Assembly (NCBI GenBank): GCA_965277285.1 | Contig: OZ255721.1 | Coordinates: forward strand, 1,312,001-1,376,000 | DNA length: 64,000 nucleotides | Reading direction: 5' to 3' | Source of the DNA: Abditibacteriaceae bacterium | GTDB taxonomy: Bacteria; Armatimonadota; Abditibacteriia; Abditibacteriales; Abditibacteriaceae | Shown: piece after piece, positions 55,973-62,879 of the stretch | Numbering within the stretch: the stretch's first letter is position 1 | Layout of the letters: each line of letters opens with the position of its first letter | Notes under the pieces: generated by a model | The model's input: only the letters and a program-made list of their open reading frames with translations | What the model was told of the DNA's origin: nothing | The model's database searches: none | Position numbers and translations under genes: made by a program

Positions 55973-56355
55973 TGCGCCTCCTCGATCAGTTGCCGCAACT
56001 GCGCCATTTCTTCCGGCGAAATCGTTTCGTGCTTCAACAAATGCGCGACAAGTCCCGACACCGACGAATGAAAAACGCGCGACAACAAATCGTGCGTCGC
56101 GCTCGTCGCTACCGCGCTTTCCTCGTGCATCGCGCGGAATACGAAAGTGCGCCCTGCGGATTGGTGCGTCACGGCGCCTTTTTCTTCCAGCTTGCGCAAC
56201 AACGTTTGCACCGTGCTATGTGCAATCACAGTTTTCGATTGGCGATTTAACTCGTCGGTGATTTCGCGCGCCGTCGCGCCGCCCTTCGCCCACAACACTT
56301 GCATAATCTGCAACTGCACGCGCCCCAACTTCGGCGTTTTCAATTCCTTGCTCAT
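55969..56355 (-). CDS. blaI: BlaI/MecI/CopY family repressor
   Basis: QIMQVLW....TAREI, STVQTLLRKLEEKG; coupled to the M56 gene by an ATGA overlap. Confidence 0.92.
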   Translation of the reverse strand: MSKELKTPKLGRVQLQIMQVLWAKGGATAREITDELNRQSKTVIAHSTVQTLLRKLEEKGAVTHQSAGRTFVFRAMHEESAVATSATHDLLSRVFHSSVSGLVAHLLKHETISPEEMAQLRQLIEEAQ

Positions 56356-56377
56356 AAATGCTCCATTTACCGGATTA

Positions 56378-56406
56378 AATCTACCTTAGTAGACTATAGT
56401 TGTCAA
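56378..56406 (-). promoter_or_regulatory. Promoter of the blaI-M56 operon with an overlapping palindrome (candidate operator)
   Basis: Minus strand TTGACA, 17 bp spacer, TAGATT; palindrome TCTAC-CTTA-GTAGA at 56380-56393. Confidence 0.6.
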
Positions 56407-56506
56407 GGACGAATCGAGTACTCGAAATCGGCCATTTGGCTGACCAAGCGTGGTTTGTCGTTGTGATAAAATGAGCGACGCAAATTTACGAAAACGAGGA
56501 TGAATT

Positions 56507-57490
56507 ATGAAAGACGCAGTTCATGTGGCGATAACGGGCGCGGCGGGGCAAATTGGTTACGCTTTGGCGTTTCGTGTGGCGTCGGGGCAAATGTTTGGCA
56601 GCGACACGCCGGTTGTTTTGCACCTGATTGAAATCGAGCCTGGAATGGCGGCGCTGCAAGGCGTCGTGATGGAGTTGGATGATTGCGCGTTTCCGTTGTT
56701 GCAGGGCATCGTTCCCACGTCAGACTTGAGCGAAGGATTCAAGGGCGTCAATTGGGCGTTGCTAATTGGTAGCGTGCCGCGCAAAGCGGGCATGGAGCGT
56801 GGCGATTTGCTGGGCATCAACGGCAAGATTTTCACGGGACAAGGCCAGGCAATTCAAAACAACGCGGCGAGCGATGTTCGAGTACTCGTTGTCGGCAATC
56901 CGTGCAACACCAACTGTTTGATTGCGATGAGCAACGCGCCCGATGTGCCGCGCGACCGTTGGTTCGCCATGACGCGACTGGATGAGAATCGCGCTAAAAC
57001 GCAACTGGCGAAGAAAGCCAGCGTGACTGTCAACGATGTCGACCGCGTGACGATCTGGGGCAACCATTCGGCGACGCAGTTTCCCGATTTCACCAATGCG
57101 CGCATCAAAGGCCAAAGCGCAGCGCAAGTGATCGGCGACGAAGCGTATTTACGTGATGAATTTATTCCGACAGTCCAAAAACGTGGTGCGGCGATTATCG
57201 CAGCGCGTGGTGCGAGTTCGGCAGGTTCGGCGGCCAATGCGATTGTAGACAGTGTTGTTTCGCTGACAACGCCGACGCAGGGCGACGATTGGCACAGCGT
57301 TTGTCTGGTTTCCGATGGCAGCTACGGCATCGAAGAAGGCTTGATTTGCTCGTTCCCGACGCGCTGTGATGGACAGAAAATCGAAATCATGCAAAACGTG
57401 CCGCTGGATGCGTTCAGCCGCGAGAAAGTGGACGCATCGGTGAAGGAGTTGCAGGAAGAAAAAGCGTTGGTGCAAGATTTGTTGCCGTAA
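56507..57490 (+). CDS. mdh: Malate dehydrogenase
   Basis: [58 protein letters not shown]. Confidence 0.97.
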   Translation: MKDAVHVAITGAAGQIGYALAFRVASGQMFGSDTPVVLHLIEIEPGMAALQGVVMELDDCAFPLLQGIVPTSDLSEGFKGVNWALLIGSVPRKAGMERGDLLGINGKIFTGQGQAIQNNAASDVRVLVVGNPCNTNCLIAMSNAPDVPRDRWFAMTRLDENRAKTQLAKKASVTVNDVDRVTIWGNHSATQFPDFTNARIKGQSAAQVIGDEAYLRDEFIPTVQKRGAAIIAARGASSAGSAANAIVDSVVSLTTPTQGDDWHSVCLVSDGSYGIEEGLICSFPTRCDGQKIEIMQNVPLDAFSREKVDASVKELQEEKALVQDLLP

Positions 57491-57524
57491 TTTTTGTGCA
57501 TTTTACATGTCGTTAGAAAACAAG

Positions 57525-57560
57525 AAAGCGTCCTTTTCGAGTACTCGAAAAGGACGCTTT
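57525..57560. terminator. 36-bp perfect palindrome / bidirectional terminator centred on the 12-bp motif
   Basis: AAAGCGTCCTTTTCGAGTACTCGAAAAGGACGCTTT between convergent genes. Confidence 0.8.
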
Positions 57561-57590
57561 GCTTTGCGTTGCCCGACCACATATCGAAAC

Positions 57591-57752
57591 TCAGGTACCG
57601 GTGTCAGCAGTGGCTGGCTTGGCGCCCGAGTTGGTGACAGCAGGTGCGTTGCTGTCATCTTCGCTCTTACTACCACAGCCGACCATCAACGCGCTGCACA
57701 TAACCGCGCCAGCAACCATCAAAACAACAAAGCGGCTTGTCCAATTCTTCAT
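57591..57752 (-). CDS. Small lipoprotein, paralog 2 (53 aa, not in the ORF track)
   Basis: AGGAG RBS; MKNWTSRFVVLMVAGAVMCSALMVGCGSKSEDDSNAPAVTNSGAKPATADTGT; lipobox-like MVGC. Confidence 0.8.
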   Translation of the reverse strand: MKNWTSRFVVLMVAGAVMCSALMVGCGSKSEDDSNAPAVTNSGAKPATADTGT

Positions 57753-57829
57753 TATGTTCTCCTTGAAATATACGTCGCAGTTTGTTTACTCGAATAAGAC
57801 GATCTTTACAACTATGCCTGTCAAGAGCC

Positions 57830-58015
57830 TTACGAAGTTCCAGCAGCAACAGGAGGAGCAGCATTGCCCTTGCTGGGCATATTGTTGACGGCAGGCGCCG
57901 AGCCGGACGTCGCAGTGCCGTCGCTGTTACCGCCGCCACAGCCGACCATCAACGCGCTGCACATAATTGCGCCAGCAACCATCAAAACGACAAAACGGCT
58001 CGTCCAATTCTTCAT
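57830..58015 (-). CDS. Small lipoprotein, paralog 1 (61 aa)
   Basis: AGGAG RBS; MKNWTSRFVVLMVAGAIMCSALMVGCGGGNSDG...; lipobox-like MVGC. Confidence 0.8.
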   Translation of the reverse strand: MKNWTSRFVVLMVAGAIMCSALMVGCGGGNSDGTATSGSAPAVNNMPSKGNAAPPVAAGTS

Positions 58016-58090
58016 TGTGTTCTCCTCGAAATATACGTCGTCAGCTTGTGTGGGGCAAATTACAAACCGACTGTTTAGCAATCGATCCGT

Positions 58091-60523
58091 TTAGAACGAT
58101 TGCGCTAAACCAAATTCAATGCGGCTCTGACGTGTTTGCACAATCGACTGGGGTTGAGTACTAGACCCAACGCCGGTATGAACATTCAGGTATCGACCAT
58201 AAAGTGTCATGCTGTGCGAAAGGTTATAGGCGGCGCGGAGACGGAAAACTTGTTGGCGCCCTATAGTGGGATCTTCGTTGTTTTTGTCGGTGAATTCAAA
58301 GCCTCCACTCAGGCTCAAGCGCTTGATTGGCTTCGCGTAAACCGTGAAGCGGAAGCTGTCGGCACCGCCATGTCCCGTTGCGCCAGGTTGTGCCGTATTG
58401 GGATAACCCAGCGAGTCGCCGTGCTGGAAGTAGTTGTAATCGAAGTCCTGATCGAAAGTATAAACCTGCGCGAAATAAGTACGTCCGCCCAGCGTCGTAT
58501 ATTCGAAGTAAGTCCCCAATCGCGTTGGGTCGTCAGGCGTATAAAGATGAACACCCAACAAGCTGCCCAAGCGGTTACGCGTCAGGTTGTTCGTCGTGGT
58601 TGCAATATCGTCCAGCAAAAACTCTCCGTAAACTTGGGCGCCGCGTGCCATGCTTGTTTCAGCATAAACCTCATACAACGAGTTGGTGTTTTTGCCATTG
58701 CCAACGCCGTTCAGGCCGCGCGCATGCTGCAAAAACGAAAGAGGCACAGGAATCGGTGATAGCGTGCTGGCGACATCAATTGCATCAAAAGTTCTTTTTG
58801 GCGTCAGCAAGCTTTCAGCAAATCCAACACGTGTTTGCTGCCCCAACTTGAATTGGAAATTACGGCTATACAAAGCACGATCGCCACCGGATGGCCCATG
58901 CCCGAGCAACGCGTAAACGCCGTCATATTGGAAAGAACCGCGCTTTAGCTGAGTATGAACCGAGTTCAGGCCGCCCGCGTTATCGCTGAGCAATAACGTG
59001 CCATAATGCCCCGGGCCAAACCAGTACTCGTCTTTGCCCACATTGATAGTCAGACCGCGCGCGATATTGCTCGCGTTGTAAGACAAAACCGCGCGACGCA
59101 GAACGACATTGGAATTATCGCTGTTGTCCAGGTTGGTCGTCGCATCCACGGTCGAGTAAAAGCTCAAGCGCTTGCTGATGTTGCCGAACAAGTTCAAGCG
59201 CGCATCAACGCCGCTCTTCAAACGAATATCGCCCTGGGGCTCGCTAAAGGGCAACAGGAAATTGCCGTGCCCGCTGACCACGCTGGCGCGCAACACGCCC
59301 GAATAACCCAGGCTGAACCCATCGCTGGTGCCGACCTTGGCTATTTTTTCAGGATCAACCTTCAATGCCGCAAGTTCATCGCTGTAGTTGCGCACCAGCA
59401 TACCGAGCGCCGCGCGATTGCGCCCGCTCACGTCGTCGCCTGCGTTGCTAAGGGCTTCGCGCACGAAACCAGCAATTTGAGCGCGCGTAAAATTGATGTC
59501 GTTTTCCGTGCGATGGCGCAAGATACCGTCGTCTTCAAACGTATCGGCGGGCTGGCTTTTGATTAAACCAGACGTCGCCAGACCTGCCAGCAGTTCGTAG
59601 GTGTAATCAGCGCGCGGCACCACCGCATTCGACGCGCCTGTTTCGTAGGGCACGGGAGCGGCTGGCACCGGCTCGACGGTTTTGCCATTGTCAATCAAGG
59701 TCCCTTCGCCAGCGACATTGGCCGGGCTGGTGCTTTCAATGCGAATCGTGTCGCCAACGGCGAGCGGCTGCGCTGCATCGTCCTGCCAGGTAATAACGGC
59801 CATGCTGTCATACGTCGACGAACTGGCAATGCGCAAAATCGCTGCGACGCTACCGTTGCGCCACACTGGAACATTGACGCCTGTCCGAATGCCGGATTGC
59901 AAACCGGAATTCAAAGTCACATTCTTACCATCTATCGCTGTGATACGCGCATCAATATAACCGGAGGAAACTGGCGCAGTTCCTGCACCGCTGCCGTTTC
60001 CAGTACTCGATGTTCCCGTGCTCAAGGGCTGCGTGGGCGGCAAAGTGGTTGTTCCAGTCGCGGGAGCCACCGGCGTCGGCTGCATGTCTGGCGTCGGTTG
60101 CGGCGTCGGCACCGGAGTGGGCGCCGGAGTTGGTGTCGCTTCAACGGGCACTTCGTAGGTGAAGTAACGCGCCGTATCGCCAACCGTGACTTGATAATCG
60201 TCCTGCACGTCGAACACAGTCGCGCCGCTTTGTTCGGGAGTCACTTCGACCACACGAAGCTTGGCGCGCACGATGCCGCCGCGCGAAATGGTGAAAATCG
60301 AGCCGGGACGAAAACCGGCGTTCGCGCCTTCGCTGAGCATCACCATATCGCCGCGCAGCGAAGTCACAGCGACTTCATCGACTGTCGGCGCAGCAATATT
60401 GGAAGCGGGAGTTTGCGCTCTCACTGGCGCAGGCGCGACAGCCAACATCGCAGCGGCGCAAAGGATGGAAACAGGAACGGCGTGGCGAAAACGAGAAGGA
60501 ATCGTGCGGCGAATAAAACGCAT
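58091..60523 (-). CDS. Outer membrane protein: two small beta domains, a Pro/Thr linker, an SLH-like domain and a Wzi-like beta-barrel
   Basis: Signal peptide; YELLAGLATSGLI...FTRAQIA (SLH-like); GKDEYWFGPGHYGTLLLSDNA (Wzi-like); C-terminal F. Confidence 0.7.
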   Translation of the reverse strand: MRFIRRTIPSRFRHAVPVSILCAAAMLAVAPAPVRAQTPASNIAAPTVDEVAVTSLRGDMVMLSEGANAGFRPGSIFTISRGGIVRAKLRVVEVTPEQSGATVFDVQDDYQVTVGDTARYFTYEVPVEATPTPAPTPVPTPQPTPDMQPTPVAPATGTTTLPPTQPLSTGTSSTGNGSGAGTAPVSSGYIDARITAIDGKNVTLNSGLQSGIRTGVNVPVWRNGSVAAILRIASSSTYDSMAVITWQDDAAQPLAVGDTIRIESTSPANVAGEGTLIDNGKTVEPVPAAPVPYETGASNAVVPRADYTYELLAGLATSGLIKSQPADTFEDDGILRHRTENDINFTRAQIAGFVREALSNAGDDVSGRNRAALGMLVRNYSDELAALKVDPEKIAKVGTSDGFSLGYSGVLRASVVSGHGNFLLPFSEPQGDIRLKSGVDARLNLFGNISKRLSFYSTVDATTNLDNSDNSNVVLRRAVLSYNASNIARGLTINVGKDEYWFGPGHYGTLLLSDNAGGLNSVHTQLKRGSFQYDGVYALLGHGPSGGDRALYSRNFQFKLGQQTRVGFAESLLTPKRTFDAIDVASTLSPIPVPLSFLQHARGLNGVGNGKNTNSLYEVYAETSMARGAQVYGEFLLDDIATTTNNLTRNRLGSLLGVHLYTPDDPTRLGTYFEYTTLGGRTYFAQVYTFDQDFDYNYFQHGDSLGYPNTAQPGATGHGGADSFRFTVYAKPIKRLSLSGGFEFTDKNNEDPTIGRQQVFRLRAAYNLSHSMTLYGRYLNVHTGVGSSTQPQSIVQTRQSRIEFGLAQSF

Positions 60524-60596
60524 GAATGGTTCCTGAAACGACTAAAATTTCTGCAAAAAAGGTTGTTTTTGTCTGGTTCGAGTACTCGATGTCAAT

Positions 60597-60992
60597 TCAA
60601 CTTGAGGAAGGCGGCGAAGAATTTTCGCTTTTGGTAGGCGCTTTGTCCGTGGTCGCAGCGCTTGTTCCCGCAGCCGATGTTTTCTCGGAAGCCGATGACG
60701 CGGCAGATTCTTTCGCACTTGACTCTTTAGCGCTCGCGTCAGCGTTCGCGTCCTTATCGGAAGCAGCAGTGCTGCCGCTGGATTTCGCGGACGCGGAATT
60801 TCCAGCTTTTTCGGCGCGCAAATCGGTGACGTAAAAGCCGCTGCCCTTAAAAATGACGCGCGGCGGATGAAACACTTTTTTGACCGTTGCGCCACATTCG
60901 GGGCAAGCTGGCGCCGCGGCACCGACTTCCTGCCAGATTTCAAAAACGTGCTGGCACGCCGTACATTGATACTCGTAGTTGGGCAACGTCAT
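60597..60992 (-). CDS. FmdB family zinc-ribbon protein
   Basis: PNYEYQCTACQHVFE, CPECG, FKGSGFYVTD, with a low-complexity tail. Confidence 0.9.
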   Translation of the reverse strand: MTLPNYEYQCTACQHVFEIWQEVGAAAPACPECGATVKKVFHPPRVIFKGSGFYVTDLRAEKAGNSASAKSSGSTAASDKDANADASAKESSAKESAASSASEKTSAAGTSAATTDKAPTKSENSSPPSSS

Positions 60993-61182
60993 TCCTCCAC
61001 GACTCGATGCAACCCGGATGAGCGTGTCTCGTCTCGGTTTGCTCGATTCGTCACGCCATTATAACCGATTCGTACAACATCTGGCTACCATTCAAACGAT
61101 GCGCCACTAAATATTAGCATTATCAATAAGATTTGGCGTCTCATAGCTTTCCTGAGCCGCTTTCGAGTACTCGTTTGAGCAT

Positions 61183-61791
61183 TCAATCCGCAAGCCATTG
61201 CAAAAAGAGCGCAACCTTTTCCCGCTTTTCAGTTTGCGTTGGCGCTTCCCAAACGCTGCTGCGAATTGCAACGCCATGCGCGCCAGCTTCAAGGCACGCG
61301 CGAATCGTGCTTTTAGTGCCAATGCCACCAATCGCATAAACCGGAAGCGAAACCGCGCGCACCACAGCGCGCAATGCTCCAAGACCTTTAGCTGTCTCAT
61401 TTGGATGCGAAGAGGTCGGGAAAATCGAACCGAAAACCAGATAGTTTGCACCCGATTTTTGCGCTCGCTGCGCTGCTTCAACCGAATGCACGGACACGCC
61501 ATTGAGAAGCGTTTTCGAGTACTCGATTGACGCGGTTCGTTCTGGCCAATGAACGCCGTTTGCGCCGACATTTAGCGCGATTTTTGCTTCTGAATTGATG
61601 ATTAAACTGGCGCCAAACGTTTCGCACCATCGCTGCGACGTTTCCGCCAAAGATTGCAAATCTTGCGCGCTCAAATCTTTTTCGCGCAATTGAATCAAAC
61701 GCGCGCCACCTTCGAGCGCCGCTTGCAGCGATTCTTCAAACGTCGGCTTCATCAAGCGCCGTTCGGTGACGAGCATCAAACGAGAAAGCAT
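61183..61791 (-). CDS. thiE: Thiamine phosphate synthase (ThiE/TenI family)
   Basis: IQLREK, GVH, SVHS, FGSIFPTSSH, PVYAIGGI, GVAI; located in the thi operon. Confidence 0.85.
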   Translation of the reverse strand: MLSRLMLVTERRLMKPTFEESLQAALEGGARLIQLREKDLSAQDLQSLAETSQRWCETFGASLIINSEAKIALNVGANGVHWPERTASIEYSKTLLNGVSVHSVEAAQRAQKSGANYLVFGSIFPTSSHPNETAKGLGALRAVVRAVSLPVYAIGGIGTKSTIRACLEAGAHGVAIRSSVWEAPTQTEKREKVALFLQWLAD

Positions 61792-61794
61792 ATT

Positions 61795-61863
61795 GTAGGG
61801 GCTTGGCGCTGCCAAGCCCGAAACCATGACCTGAATCGAGTACTCGAAGTCGCCAAGCCCTTA
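61795..61863. repeat. Degenerate GTAG-type REP doublet with the 12-bp palindrome in its spacer
   Basis: GTAGGGGCTTGGCGCTGCCAAGCCC ... TCGAGTACTCGA ... CGCCAAGCCCTTA. Confidence 0.7.
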
Positions 61864-61868
61864 TGAAA

Positions 61869-62669
61869 TCAGCTTCCGACGACACCTTCAATTGGGCTGC
61901 TTGCCGTTGCATACAGTTTTTTGGGAATGCGTCCGGCTTCAAACGCCAAACGTCCGGCTTCAATCGCGTGACGCATCGCGCGCGCCATCTTTAACGGTTC
62001 GCGTGCGCCGTAAATCGCGGTTTGCATCAAGACCGCATCGGCGCCCAATTCCATCGCCAGCGCCGCATCCGAAGCCGTGCCAACGCCCGCATCAACGATG
62101 ACGGGAATCTTCGCCTGCTCGATAATAATCTGCAAATTGGTCGTGTTGCGAATGCCCAAACCCGAACCAATCGGCGCCGCCAAAGGCATCACCGCCGCGC
62201 AACCGATTTCTTCCAATTTGCGACAAACAACGGGATCGTCGATGCAATACGGCAAAACGATAAAGCCGTCTTTCACCAGCACGCGCGCCGCTTCAAGCAA
62301 ACCTTCGTTGTCGGGAAAAAGGGTTTTCTCGTCGCCGATGACTTCGAGTTTGACCCAGTTGGTTTCGAGAGCTTCGCGCGCCAGTTGCGCCGTCAAAATC
62401 GCGTCTTTGGCGTTGTAGCACAAAGCCGTGTTGGGCAACAACGTTTTACCTTTCAAAGAATCGAGCAAGCTTTCGCCCGCTTTTTCGCCTGTGGGAATGC
62501 GACGAATCGCCACCGTCACGATTTCGGCGCCGCTGGCCGCGATGCAATCGCGCATCAAGCCATATTCGACGCCTTTTCCCGTCCCGACCCACAAACGCGA
62601 TTCAAACTTTTGTCCGGCAATTGTTAAAGGATTCATCATTCCGTATTCCGTATTCATCATTTGTTTCAT
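61869..62669 (-). CDS. thiG: Thiazole synthase
   Basis: [44 protein letters not shown]. Start may be 62639. Confidence 0.96.
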   Translation of the reverse strand: MKQMMNTEYGMMNPLTIAGQKFESRLWVGTGKGVEYGLMRDCIAASGAEIVTVAIRRIPTGEKAGESLLDSLKGKTLLPNTALCYNAKDAILTAQLAREALETNWVKLEVIGDEKTLFPDNEGLLEAARVLVKDGFIVLPYCIDDPVVCRKLEEIGCAAVMPLAAPIGSGLGIRNTTNLQIIIEQAKIPVIVDAGVGTASDAALAMELGADAVLMQTAIYGAREPLKMARAMRHAIEAGRLAFEAGRIPKKLYATASSPIEGVVGS

Positions 62670-62681
62670 CCGCCTTGCGGC

Positions 62682-62879
62682 TTATCCGCCTTGCACAGCG
62701 CGAATAATTTCAATTTCGTCGTTTGCTTCAATTGTTGTCATCGAGTACTCGAACTTGCGCACGACCGCGCCATTGCGCGCCACCGCGATACCTTTTTCCG
62801 GCGCAAGAGTTTCGCGCAACAATTCTTCAATCGTTTGCGCTTGCGTTTCGGTCGCTTCACCGTTCAACGTGATTTTCAT
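62682..62879 (-). CDS. thiS: Sulfur carrier protein ThiS
   Basis: MKITLNGE...IAVARN...IEIIRAVQGG, ending in the C-terminal GG. Confidence 0.95.
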   Translation of the reverse strand: MKITLNGEATETQAQTIEELLRETLAPEKGIAVARNGAVVRKFEYSMTTIEANDEIEIIRAVQGG

